From positions 47,491 through 111,490 of the forward strand of contig CAKUBG010000005.1 in the NCBI GenBank assembly GCA_934636825.1: 64,000 nt of DNA, given 5' to 3'. Below are positions 9,682 through 19,245 of the stretch, piece after piece. Below the pieces are notes generated by a model. The model was not told where the DNA came from. It did not search any database and saw only the letters and a list, made by a program, of their open reading frames with translations. This stretch comes from an uncultured bacterium (lineage in GTDB: Bacteria > Vulcanimicrobiota > Xenobia > Xenobiales > Xenobiaceae). The position numbers and the translations under genes are program-made. Within the stretch, counting starts at the first letter, position 1. Each line of letters begins with the position of its first letter.

Positions 9682-11754
9682 CTACTTCTCAGCAGCAGCC
9701 TTAGCTTCGGCAATTACTTGCTCGGCTACCATGGGCGGGGTCTCTTCGTAGTGGTCAAATTCCATAATGAAGGAGCCACGACCCTGGGTGATACTGCGTA
9801 AGTCGATAGCGTAGCGCTGCATTTCAGCCAAAGGAACCTGGGCTTTAATGCACTGCAAGCCGTTACCGATAGGATCCATACCACTGATACGACCGCGTTT
9901 GGAGTTGAGGTCGCCGATTACATCGCCCATATAGGAGTCGGGAACGGTAACTTCGACATTGACGATAGGCTCTAAGATGACGGGCTTAGCCTTGGGGGCG
10001 CCGTTCTTGAAAGCTTGCATACCGGCAATTTGGAAGGCCATATCGGAAGAGTCTACTTCGTGCATCTTACCGTCGTAAAGGCGAACTTTTACGTCTACTA
10101 CAGGGTTGCCGGCCAAAATACCGCTTTCCATAGCTTTACGTACGCCTTTTTCTACAGCGGGGATGTAGTTCTTGGAAACTACGCCGCCGACGATATTGTC
10201 TTCGAAGACGAAACCGCTGCCGGAAGGAAGACCGCTGATTTCAATAGCGACTTGACCAAACTGACCGCGACCACCGGCTTGCTTCTTGTGACGGTATTCT
10301 TCGGAAACCTTACCTTTAAGGGTCTCGCGATAAGGAATCTTGCGGGCGTAAAGTTCTACGTCCACACCCATTCTCTTGAGGCGCTCTACGCAAAGATCGA
10401 GTTGCACATCGCCGATACCGGTGAGAATGCTCTGGTGAGTCTCTTCTACGCGCTCGAGTTCGAGGGTAGGATCTTCTTGGAGCAAGCGCTGCAAGTTGGC
10501 GGAAAGCTTATCTTCGTCAGCTTTGGACTTGGCTCTAATAGCTCTGGAGAAGAAAGGACGAGGCAAATCTAATCCAGGAAGAGTGACTTTGCGGGAAGCG
10601 TCGCAAAGAGTGTCGCCGGTAGCGGAAGCGCCCAAACGACCTACGGCTACGATGTCACCGGCGGGAGCTTCGGAGATCTTCTCTTGGCTCTTACCACGAA
10701 TGGAGAGCAAGTTGCCGATCTTTTCGTCGATACCGCGAGCTAAGTTGTGCAAGGTGGTATCGGGACGTAAAGTACCGGCGAAGACGCGCATATAGGAAAT
10801 CTTTCCTACGTAGGGGTCGGAACTGGTTTTGAAGATGAGAGCTACGGCGGGAGCCTTAGAATCGGCAGCAATTTCTACATCATTGCCATCAGCATCTTTA
10901 GCCACAGAAACGGCGGTAGGGGCGGGAGCGTAATTGACAACGGCGTCGGCCAATAAGCTGATGCCTTTGAGAGTTACGGAAGAACCGCACAGGGCGGGAA
11001 CTACGGAACCGTTAGCAATTAAGATCTTGAGACCGGCTTTAATCTCTTCAGTAGAGAGCTCCATGGCCTCAAAGAATTTTTCGGTGAGTTCATCAGTAGC
11101 TTCGGCGGCAGCTTCTACGAGCTGTTCGCGGTGCTCTTCTACTTCGTCAGCCATGTCGGCGGGAATTTCAATTTCGGTGGCTACACCCTTAGCGTCGAAA
11201 GAGTAGGCTTTCTGATCGATCAAGTCTACTACGCCGCTGAAACTCTCGGCAGCGCCGATAGGAAGCTGGATAGGTACTACGCGAGCGCCTTTGAGCTTCT
11301 CTTTGGCTTCATCCATTAAGTGATGGAAGTTGGCATTCTCTTTGTCCATCTTGTTGACGAACATGATGCGAGCTTTAGAGCGAGCTTCGCAAGAATCCCA
11401 AATCTTTTCCATACCTACTTCGGTGCCGGAGTTGGCAGCAGCTACCAAAATAGCGCAGTCGACAACTCTGAGGGCGCCGAGGCTCTCGGACACGAAGTCG
11501 AAGAATCCTGGGGTGTCGATAATGTTTACTTTATTTTCTTTCCACTCGATAGGAACTACGGCGGAAAATACACTCATAGCGCGTTTGATTTCGTCGGGAT
11601 CGAAGTCGGCGACGGTGTTGCCGTTTTCGACTTTTCCGAGTCTGTCAATGACGCCAGAGCAATAAAGCAAAGCTTCGGCTAAAGAAGTTTTGCCGGCTCC
11701 CTGGTGGCCGAACAATCCAATATTGCGAATCTTTTCTGTGGAATAAATGTTCAC
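9682..11754 (-). CDS. elongation factor G family GTPase (divergent EF-G paralog)
   Basis: 690 aa with five-domain EF-G architecture, but a non-canonical G1 P-loop (GHQGAGKTS instead of AHIDAGKTT). DTPG and NKMD motifs are present. GTG start with GGAGGGA RBS. Confidence 0.82.
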   Translation of the reverse strand: MNIYSTEKIRNIGLFGHQGAGKTSLAEALLYCSGVIDRLGKVENGNTVADFDPDEIKRAMSVFSAVVPIEWKENKVNIIDTPGFFDFVSESLGALRVVDCAILVAAANSGTEVGMEKIWDSCEARSKARIMFVNKMDKENANFHHLMDEAKEKLKGARVVPIQLPIGAAESFSGVVDLIDQKAYSFDAKGVATEIEIPADMADEVEEHREQLVEAAAEATDELTEKFFEAMELSTEEIKAGLKILIANGSVVPALCGSSVTLKGISLLADAVVNYAPAPTAVSVAKDADGNDVEIAADSKAPAVALIFKTSSDPYVGKISYMRVFAGTLRPDTTLHNLARGIDEKIGNLLSIRGKSQEKISEAPAGDIVAVGRLGASATGDTLCDASRKVTLPGLDLPRPFFSRAIRAKSKADEDKLSANLQRLLQEDPTLELERVEETHQSILTGIGDVQLDLCVERLKRMGVDVELYARKIPYRETLKGKVSEEYRHKKQAGGRGQFGQVAIEISGLPSGSGFVFEDNIVGGVVSKNYIPAVEKGVRKAMESGILAGNPVVDVKVRLYDGKMHEVDSSDMAFQIAGMQAFKNGAPKAKPVILEPIVNVEVTVPDSYMGDVIGDLNSKRGRISGMDPIGNGLQCIKAQVPLAEMQRYAIDLRSITQGRGSFIMEFDHYEETPPMVAEQVIAEAKAAAEK

Positions 11755-11787
11755 TAGCGGTCCCTCCGTACCGGGCGGGTTAAATAA

Positions 11788-12021
11788 TTATTCTGCTGTA
11801 GCAGTGGTTTCTTCGGCAGCAGTCTCTACAGCGGCTTCTGCGGGTTTGTTTTTGGGCTGATAACCTTCACGGTACTCAATGGGGATAAATTTGCCTTCTT
11901 TAACGGCAACTTCTCTGAGCCATCTGGCGCCGCCAATGCGGACCCAATCCTGACCTTCGATAGGAGCGCAGGATTTGCGGCATTTAGCTGGGGCGTTCTT
12001 TTTCGGCTTAGCAACAGACAT
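11788..12021 (-). CDS. small hypothetical protein (77 aa, CxxxC, Lys-rich), co-transcribed upstream of the EF-G paralog
   Basis: GGAGGT RBS 13 nt upstream of the ATG, and only a 33 nt gap to the EF-G gene. No recognisable domain. Confidence 0.45.
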   Translation of the reverse strand: MSVAKPKKNAPAKCRKSCAPIEGQDWVRIGGARWLREVAVKEGKFIPIEYREGYQPKNKPAEAAVETAAEETTATAE

Positions 12022-12233
12022 TTTAAATTAATACCTCCGTATTATAGGCGCCGACACCGCAACTCCATGCCTAGAAAGTCGGTGGGCGCAGAAACTTATA
12101 ATGAAACGATATTATTACACAAATTCAGTGAATTTTCAAAATTCCGTAAGCTTTTCTTTTAGCTCAGCTTTTATCCTTCCTAAAAGCGTAGTAATTTTAT
12201 GTCAAATCAAAGCAAAGCAAGGTACGGTTTTAA

Positions 12234-12629
12234 TTATTCGGCAGTATAGGCGATAGCTTCAATTTCCACTTTTACTCCCTTAGGCAAAGCGGCAGCCTGA
12301 ATAGCTGAGCGAGCTGGAGCGTTCTCTGTAAAAAAGCGGGCGTAGACTTGATTAAAATCGGCAAAATCGGCCATGTCGCTCAAAAAGCAAGTCGTTTTGA
12401 GGACGCAGTTTAGATTACTACCGGCTTTTTCCAAAACTTTTTGCAAATTTTTGAGAACTTGTTCTGTTTGTTCAACTGTTGTGTTACCTACAATGGCTCC
12501 ACTTTCCGGATGCAAAGGAATTTGACCTGAGCAAAAGATCAGGGAGCCCAAACGTACAGCTTGAGAATAAGGGCCAATAGCTTTGGGCGCTTGCTCGGTG
12601 GCAATAACTTCATGTTTGCTTGTGCTCAT
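12234..12629 (-). CDS. ridA: RidA/YjgF-family reactive-intermediate deaminase
   Basis: 131 aa, with APKAIGPYSQA...GQIPL and a C-terminal ...IEAIA pattern typical of the YjgF/chorismate-mutase-like fold. Confidence 0.88.
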   Translation of the reverse strand: MSTSKHEVIATEQAPKAIGPYSQAVRLGSLIFCSGQIPLHPESGAIVGNTTVEQTEQVLKNLQKVLEKAGSNLNCVLKTTCFLSDMADFADFNQVYARFFTENAPARSAIQAAALPKGVKVEIEAIAYTAE

Positions 12630-12836
12630 AATCTTTCTCCTTAAAATAAATAAGCTAATTTGTCGTCAATTTCCATGACTGGCAAGGGATACCTTTTGTG
12701 ACGTCTTGAGCCATGGGGAGTATGTCAAACTGTGCTTAAGCGTCTAGCCGCCGACAGAGTAGAAGCAATTCTCGGGGGAAGCCAGAGCTGAATTGTAGAA
12801 ATCGGCGGCCATTTTAATATGCTGTGAGCGCTTGTC

Positions 12837-14714
12837 ATGAAATGTCTGCCTGTTGAAGAATCAAATTGGCGTTGTTTAAAATCTGCTTGTCAAATTGCTG
12901 CTGTTGCCTTTATGGCAAGTTTTATTCTTTATCTTGTAACTTTGGCTCCGGCTATTCCGCCCGGCTTTGATAGTGCAGAATTGATTGGCGCTTGTGCTGC
13001 TGGCGGCATTGCCCATCCTCCCGGCTATCCGCTTTATACTATGCTGGGTTGGTTGCTTTGCTCGTTGGGGTTGGCCGCCCCGGCTCTAACGATGAATGTC
13101 TTTTCGGCTTTGTGCTCAGCTGCTGCTTGTGCTTGTTTAGCTTTCGGCTTATTTTTGACGCTTAATTCCGCTTGGGGAGCTTTGGTTGGCGCTTTCTGTT
13201 TCGCTTTTGCTTTGAGCCCTTGGCGCATGGCAGTTGGAGCTGAAGTCTTTGCTTTGCACTTATTCTTTCTCAGCTTATTGGCGGCTTTGGCGGTAGTTTA
13301 TAAAAAAATGTCTGCTTGGCGCCCTTATATGCTGTGGATTTTGAGTTTCATTCTGGGGCTTTCTTTTTGCCATCACCATACAACGGCGCTTTTTCTTCCG
13401 GGACTGGCTATATTTCTATATCTGAGCAACCAAAGCTATGATTCGTCTTCTGAAAGCAAAGCCTCAAAGCCGAAAGCCAAGCAAGGTGCCATGTTTAGCC
13501 GCTGCGCTGTTATAAGCGTTGCTTGCTTGTGCTTCGTATTGGGATTGCTCCCTTATCTTTGGCTTATAGGTAGGGCACGCTTTTTAACTGCCCAGGCCGA
13601 GCCCTTTGTGGCCTTTAATTGGGGCAATCCCTCAAGTTGGACAAATTTTTGCTGGGTTGTGACGCGCAGCGGCTACGGCAGTTTGCAACTGAGCACCAAA
13701 GGTGACGGCGCTTCCGGGGCGGCTTCACTGGCTTATTGGCTATGGTCATTGGTTTTTAAGCAATTCAAGCTTTTTGCCGCAGCACTGGGGCTGTGGGGAA
13801 TAGCCGTGGCTTGGAAGAAGCAACGGGAATTTTTTTGGCTTTTTGGTTGTCTTTTAGCTTTGGCAGGGCCTATCTGGGCTTTATATGCAGCCCAACCGGA
13901 TAGCGAAGGCTATCAAGAAATGATGGAGCGCTTTTTCTGCTCTTCATATTTGGCCTTTGGAGCCTTTATCGGCTGTGGGGCTGCAAGTTTAACCAATTTG
14001 GCGACACTTAAACAAGAAGCAAAAATAAAGAAGTGCTTGATTTACATTGCTTTGGTGGCTGCTTTGCTTTGGCCTCTGTCGTCTAATTGGAATGGAGCTT
14101 CCGAGCATGGGCAATATTTAGTTAATGATACTCTGCTCTATATGGCTACTTCTATACCTGATAAAGCTGTGGTGGTTGCTCAAAATGATGCTGTTTGTGG
14201 CGGTTTAATTTATGCCAAAGCTGTATTAAAGCGCGATTTTGTATTTATTCCGGTGGGAGTTTGCCATTCGCCCTGGTTTGTAGATTCGTTGCCATTTGCT
14301 TATGCTCAAACTTTAAAAACGCAAGGGCTGGCGGCTATGTTGGATCTGGCTTGGCGTGAAGGACGTGCCGTTTATTTTGACGACGAGCAAACAGCCGGAC
14401 AGTGCGGATTGGAATATGTGCCTTCGCATTATATTGTGCGCCAAGGATTGTTGTTTCGCTATGTAGGCAACGAAGAAAAAATATATGCTTCGGAAACAAA
14501 CCTTCGGCAATATCGCCTCCGGGCGCAGCGTGAGTTGGAAGAAGCGGTTAAGCAATATCATGCCGATTCTTACACAAAAAAGGCACGTCCATTTTGGCAT
14601 AAATTTATGCTCAACAAATGGGAACGTGCCCGCGAAGCTTTGGATGAAAACGCCGAATTAAGCAAAATCGAACAATTTTGCCTACATGCTGAAGAGGCAG
14701 CTAATGAGAATTAG
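12837..14714 (+). CDS. polytopic membrane protein, DUF2723/TMEM260-like putative GT-C glycosyl(mannosyl)transferase, with a C-terminal soluble helical domain
   Basis: About 11 predicted TM helices. The first extracytoplasmic loop carries FDSAELIGACAAGGIAHPPGYPLY (acidic D-x-x-E followed by HPPGYP), which I recognise as the DUF2723/TMEM260 signature. C-terminal ~200 aa are soluble. Confidence 0.55.
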   Translation: MKCLPVEESNWRCLKSACQIAAVAFMASFILYLVTLAPAIPPGFDSAELIGACAAGGIAHPPGYPLYTMLGWLLCSLGLAAPALTMNVFSALCSAAACACLAFGLFLTLNSAWGALVGAFCFAFALSPWRMAVGAEVFALHLFFLSLLAALAVVYKKMSAWRPYMLWILSFILGLSFCHHHTTALFLPGLAIFLYLSNQSYDSSSESKASKPKAKQGAMFSRCAVISVACLCFVLGLLPYLWLIGRARFLTAQAEPFVAFNWGNPSSWTNFCWVVTRSGYGSLQLSTKGDGASGAASLAYWLWSLVFKQFKLFAAALGLWGIAVAWKKQREFFWLFGCLLALAGPIWALYAAQPDSEGYQEMMERFFCSSYLAFGAFIGCGAASLTNLATLKQEAKIKKCLIYIALVAALLWPLSSNWNGASEHGQYLVNDTLLYMATSIPDKAVVVAQNDAVCGGLIYAKAVLKRDFVFIPVGVCHSPWFVDSLPFAYAQTLKTQGLAAMLDLAWREGRAVYFDDEQTAGQCGLEYVPSHYIVRQGLLFRYVGNEEKIYASETNLRQYRLRAQRELEEAVKQYHADSYTKKARPFWHKFMLNKWERAREALDENAELSKIEQFCLHAEEAANEN

Positions 14715-15537
14715 TTAGGCGACGGCGAGCTTGCTCTAAAGATTCGGCGTCATCGATATTATAAGCCGTTTCCGCATAAGGGCTGACCACACCGCAACAA
14801 GGCAACTTCAACAATCTGGCGGCGGCTTCTTCGGCCATAGGAATAGTCAATTTACCTATGAGCAAATAAAACAATGTTTTTAAGCCTAAAATTCTGGCCA
14901 GTTTGAAAGGGTTTTTACGTCCGGCAGTTACTGCTGCCATAGCTTGTTTTATGGCTTCGGCAATATCGGCTCTTAGACAAGTTAAGCCGCCGCCACAGAA
15001 AGTGCCTTCTACCATTTTTACCCAAGTATGGCGTACTTCAGGATATTTTGCTTGAGAAACGGCTTTGTCCAAAAAACCATACCACAAAACATTATGTGGC
15101 TTAGTACTGCATCTATCCAGAAAATCGTCAACGGCTTCTGTAGTTAAAAAAGGTAGATCGCCGGCAACCAACAGTACGGGATCGTGGCTTGAAGGCAAAG
15201 CTTGGAGTCCTGAAAACAAAGATTGTATCAGACTGGAACCAGCCGGAGCCACCTCGTCGACACCTTCCCACTCTGGCCCCAAATCTTCTTTTTTTACTGG
15301 GCTTACTAGGATAATGCGGCGGATACGCTGTGATTGGCGCAAAGCTGCCAAAGTGTAGGCGCTCATGGGTTTATTCCCCAGCATAATATGGCCTTTGCCG
15401 GGTACTTCCGGCTCTGAAGCGGGCAGATCTTTTAGTCGGCCACCTGCCAAAAGAACCGCATCGATAGGTATATCAAATTTGTCTTCGGGGTTTGCTAAAT
15501 TCTTGGGCATTGTTGAATCACTCATTCTTGCACACAT
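14701..15537 (-). CDS. MobA-like nucleotidyltransferase (NTP_transferase_3 family)
   Basis: DAVLLAGGRL...G is the N-terminal GT-A nucleotide-binding signature. Its ATG lies 1 nt after the ispE stop (translational coupling), and its 3' end overlaps the convergent 12837 gene by 14 nt. Confidence 0.6.
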   Translation of the reverse strand: MCARMSDSTMPKNLANPEDKFDIPIDAVLLAGGRLKDLPASEPEVPGKGHIMLGNKPMSAYTLAALRQSQRIRRIILVSPVKKEDLGPEWEGVDEVAPAGSSLIQSLFSGLQALPSSHDPVLLVAGDLPFLTTEAVDDFLDRCSTKPHNVLWYGFLDKAVSQAKYPEVRHTWVKMVEGTFCGGGLTCLRADIAEAIKQAMAAVTAGRKNPFKLARILGLKTLFYLLIGKLTIPMAEEAAARLLKLPCCGVVSPYAETAYNIDDAESLEQARRRLTNSH

Positions 15538-15538
15538 C

Positions 15539-16474
15539 CTAAGCGAAGCGGGTTAAATAGACTCGCCCCAATTTTTCTAAGCTATGTAGCAATTCTGGCT
15601 GAGCTTGGACTTGCTGGTAAATTTTGGGGTTGAGCATAGCAAATATCGTAGAGCCGCTACCGCAAAGTTGGGCTGCTTGGCATCCCCAGGCGAGCAAAGC
15701 TTCTCTTATGGAGGTCAGTTCAGGTTGCATACTTTGAGCGGCTGGGTAGAGATCATTTTTCAATTCGTTGAGAAATAGAACTTGCCATAGGCTGGCATCT
15801 TGGGCATGAGGTGCAGGTTGATTCTCTAAAAGCTTGACTAAATTGGCGGAACATCCCTTAGCCGGGTGGCGTTTTCCTTCAGGCAATTGATCCCAGGCTT
15901 TGTAAACTTCCGGTGTGCTTAGTCCAAAAGGCGGAATGAGCAAAAGAACTCCCCAATCTTTAAAGAGCTCGGGAGTCGGCAACTTGCTCAGTTGCTCGCC
16001 CTTACCTAAACCGCGGGCTGTATTTTCCACCAAACCAAAGGCTACATCTGCTCCCAATTTAGCTGCTTCCGATAATAATACTTCATGGGATAGTTTCAAA
16101 TCATAGAGTTCATTTAAGCCCTTTAAAGCGGCTGCGCAATCGGCACTGCCGCCTCCAAGGCCGCCGCCGGCCGGTATATTTTTATGTAATTCAAAGTGAC
16201 AGGGCAATTCTTGTCCAGTAAGTTTTTGCAAAGCATTATGGGCTTTTAGTACCAAATTGTTTTGATCGGCACTTACTTCAAAACCGCAACCTATTTCGTC
16301 AACTATTTCTAAATCAGTCTTTGGGGCTTTACTTAATAAAAGTTTATCGGCTAACTCTAAACTTTGAAAAATTGTATCTAACTGATGATAGCCATTAGGC
16401 AAAGTATCCAACAATTCTAAAGTCAAATTTATTTTGGCTAGGGCCTGATAACTTAAAACATTTTGATTTTCCAT
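15539..16474 (-). CDS. ispE: 4-diphosphocytidyl-2-C-methyl-D-erythritol kinase
   Basis: GHMP-kinase motif NIPAGGGLGGGSADCAAAL, with the N-terminal KINLTLE typical of IspE. Confidence 0.9.
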   Translation of the reverse strand: MENQNVLSYQALAKINLTLELLDTLPNGYHQLDTIFQSLELADKLLLSKAPKTDLEIVDEIGCGFEVSADQNNLVLKAHNALQKLTGQELPCHFELHKNIPAGGGLGGGSADCAAALKGLNELYDLKLSHEVLLSEAAKLGADVAFGLVENTARGLGKGEQLSKLPTPELFKDWGVLLLIPPFGLSTPEVYKAWDQLPEGKRHPAKGCSANLVKLLENQPAPHAQDASLWQVLFLNELKNDLYPAAQSMQPELTSIREALLAWGCQAAQLCGSGSTIFAMLNPKIYQQVQAQPELLHSLEKLGRVYLTRFA

Positions 16475-16551
16475 GAGAATATACCTTATTTTGCATTTAT
16501 AAGTTGATTTTTATCGCGTTTAACAAACAGCTTTGCTCAATGCGACACAAA

Positions 16552-16597
16552 CAAAAAAAATCCCCCACTTGCCGAGCGTGCCCGAATAGTGGGGGAA
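16552..16597 (-). terminator. rho-independent terminator downstream of the 16621-18663 gene
   Basis: TCCCCCACT...AGTGGGGGA stem with a T8 run on the minus strand. Confidence 0.65.
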
Positions 16598-16620
16598 TGA
16601 TGTCGAGGATTAGAATAATT

Positions 16621-18663
16621 TTACTCTTCCGAAGTTTCGTCTTTAGCCTCTTTGGTTTTTTCTGTTGGAACTTTGAGAGCCAACTTATAGGCTAAGGGAG
16701 ACTTGAAAGTGGACAGTTGAGCTTTAGCCAACTCTTCAAGTTGAGCAAACTTGTCTTTGTAAATCCAGGTAAAGTTTATCTGGGTACGGCTGTAGAACCA
16801 TACTTCCGAGCCTTTAACTACTGTTTTACAAGTGTAGGAACCTACATCATTGCTTAAAGTCATATCCTGAGGTTGAGCTACCACCTTGCTATCTTGAGGA
16901 AGAATTACATGGTAGCGTATTTCATCGATAAAAGGAGCATCAAAACGAACAGGATAGAGGCGAGAAGCGCTATTGAGGCCGGCTTGCAAAGACTGACCTT
17001 GGGTTATGGGCAAAGGAGTCTCAAAACGATCCCTTTCGCGACTGTAGCGAGCGTAGTTGGCAAATTGTACGGAAGTACCTACGGTTACCGGCGCCTGGTT
17101 GTCCATTTCGGCGGGGAAGAAGTTGGCATAGGGAATTGTTTGGAAGCAGAAGTTGCTGTTAAACTTACCTATAATCCAATTTACCATTTCTTTGCGCTGG
17201 GCATCAGTTAAAGCTTGAGCTTGTCCTTCAGCGGTAAGCAAAATGTTAGCACGGGGGCCGTTGTAGGTAATGTCGGCATTGAGCTGACCTATGCCACTGG
17301 CTTCGATACGTCCCTCCATATTGTAAGAACAAATATTGTCTTCCGGAGAACCTATAGGAGCGCTTATCAAGCGGCCGGGCTTAGAGCTATGAGGCGAAGG
17401 AAGCTCGAGCATAGCTGAGCCTTGCCAACCTAAGTTGGGCGCATTAAGAGCAGAGCCTGGCAAAGAGGGATCGATCCACCAAGTTTTGCCGCCGGGATCG
17501 GAAACTTTGAGCAAAAATTGGCTAAAATAGGTAGGTATGGGAGGTAATTCAGCCATGGTCTGCAGATCGGAACTGGCAGCCATATATACGTTAACTCTCA
17601 AACCGGCCCTTTTTAAAAGGGCTCCGGTCAGATAAGCTGCGTCTTGATAGGTGAGCAACTTGGAAGCAGTGGCTTGCTTGAAATCGACAGAACGCCAGAT
17701 ATTTTGATCTTTATCTAAGACAGAAAACTTGGACATATAACCGAGTACGTCTTGTATGCGCTGTTCGGCAGGTTTACCTACCGAAGTGATGCGGCTGCAA
17801 AGCATACTCAAAGAGGCGTCGCTGTCGGAAGTATTTTTATCCCAAACTTCGGCAGCCCATTTGCTGAGATCTTTCCAATTGGCAAAACTAGAAGCAGCTA
17901 CATATTTGTAGTAGTTGAAAGACGAGGGCATACTGACATTGCTAGTAATAGCGTCAAAAGCTTCCTTCGTTTCCCAGAAGTAGGTACGCTTTCCTTTGCT
18001 CTCGGTTATTTTGGGAGAACTCAGGTAGGACACATTGGAAAAAGTGTAGGCTTTTTCTTGTGAAGGTACGCTCACTTTGTAAGTAGAGTGCAAAATGGGC
18101 AAATCATTTTGCAAGTAAGAACAAGCCCACCATTGCTTATCTTTTCTGGGCGCATATTTAGTCTTGACGGAATATTCAATTACTGATCCCACTTCAACGT
18201 TAGGAAATTCCGCTATGTAAATTTGACGATCTTGGTAAATAGGAGCACCATTGATGGCAGCTATAGTTTTGAAATTGGCTGCTGGCACTTCGGTGACTTG
18301 TCCATTAGGACTAATCGTGCGGGCGTATTCAAATTCTATAGTTTCAAAAGAAGCGTCAAAATTTCTAGGGTAAAGACGGAAAAGTTTTACGCCTTCTTCA
18401 TTAAGAAGCTTAATAGCGTTATGCTCTGTCGCTTCAGCGGAATAATCTTCGTTGAGCTGATAAGTAAGGTCATCTTCCAGAATAAGGGCGCAAGCATTCG
18501 GATATTCTTTCAATCCTGGGGAATTAAAGAAACGACTGTCCGGTTTGGAAGGCGAATCGGCAGCTTGCACACTCAAAGGAAGTGTTGCCAATATAAATGC
18601 GGCTGCATACAAAAAGTGTTTGAACTTTTTGCTAAGAATCTGCGGCCTAAAATTAAACTTCAT
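16621..18663 (-). CDS. secreted protein with transglutaminase-like core whose catalytic Cys appears substituted (DUF3857/TGase-like), hypothetical
   Basis: Signal peptide MKFNFRPQ...LPLSVQA/AD. The segment TYQDAAYLTGALLKRAGLRVNVYMAAS resembles the transglutaminase-core G-x-C-x-x-F...ARxV motif with Cys replaced. ATG at 18663 has a GAGGA RBS, and the track start at 18681 is a non-ATG codon. Confidence 0.45.
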   Translation of the reverse strand: MKFNFRPQILSKKFKHFLYAAAFILATLPLSVQAADSPSKPDSRFFNSPGLKEYPNACALILEDDLTYQLNEDYSAEATEHNAIKLLNEEGVKLFRLYPRNFDASFETIEFEYARTISPNGQVTEVPAANFKTIAAINGAPIYQDRQIYIAEFPNVEVGSVIEYSVKTKYAPRKDKQWWACSYLQNDLPILHSTYKVSVPSQEKAYTFSNVSYLSSPKITESKGKRTYFWETKEAFDAITSNVSMPSSFNYYKYVAASSFANWKDLSKWAAEVWDKNTSDSDASLSMLCSRITSVGKPAEQRIQDVLGYMSKFSVLDKDQNIWRSVDFKQATASKLLTYQDAAYLTGALLKRAGLRVNVYMAASSDLQTMAELPPIPTYFSQFLLKVSDPGGKTWWIDPSLPGSALNAPNLGWQGSAMLELPSPHSSKPGRLISAPIGSPEDNICSYNMEGRIEASGIGQLNADITYNGPRANILLTAEGQAQALTDAQRKEMVNWIIGKFNSNFCFQTIPYANFFPAEMDNQAPVTVGTSVQFANYARYSRERDRFETPLPITQGQSLQAGLNSASRLYPVRFDAPFIDEIRYHVILPQDSKVVAQPQDMTLSNDVGSYTCKTVVKGSEVWFYSRTQINFTWIYKDKFAQLEELAKAQLSTFKSPLAYKLALKVPTEKTKEAKDETSEE

Positions 18664-18764
18664 AAACAAAATCCTCGACAAACTAAAACAGACACACTGC
18701 CGGTATTTAATCCTAACAGGCGCCTATTGTTTCGTGTATCTTCTCTTTTTCAAGAAAAAATTTG

Positions 18765-19061
18765 TTATTTGCCCTTTTTCTTATCGCCTTTAGTCTCGTC
18801 CGATTTATCGAGTGAAGTGTGACCGCTCTTCTGACTGGGCTTAGGAAGAGAAATTACTTCTTCCTCTAAGCCGGCCGCTCTGGCTACGTCATCGTCAGTC
18901 GCTCCTTGTAAATTTGCCAAAACTGTTAATAAGATGGCAGCTTTTTCCAAATTTTCTTCTATGGCGTGCAGACGAATAAGAATGATGACGGGAACGGTTA
19001 CACCGATAATTACCAGCGCAATGGCGCATAGCAGCAATGCGGTGCTAATAGTTGTAGACAT
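18765..19061 (-). CDS. small single-pass membrane protein with a Lys-rich C-terminal tail, hypothetical
   Basis: 98 aa with one TM (LLLCAIALVIIGVTVPVIILI). GGGAGG RBS 9 nt upstream. Confidence 0.5.
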   Translation of the reverse strand: MSTTISTALLLCAIALVIIGVTVPVIILIRLHAIEENLEKAAILLTVLANLQGATDDDVARAAGLEEEVISLPKPSQKSGHTSLDKSDETKGDKKKGK

Positions 19062-19245
19062 GCTTTTATCCTCCCTGTTGAATGTGGCCGCCGACTAAGC
19101 GAGTAAAATTATGTCAAACATAAAAACAATATGTTGATTTGACATACGCTATGTTGTGAAGCGCAAAAAGCTGAGCTTACTTGCACCCTTTGCCACGTAA
19201 ACTGTGAACGAATATTTTCTTCCATTACGTGAACTTACCTTCACC

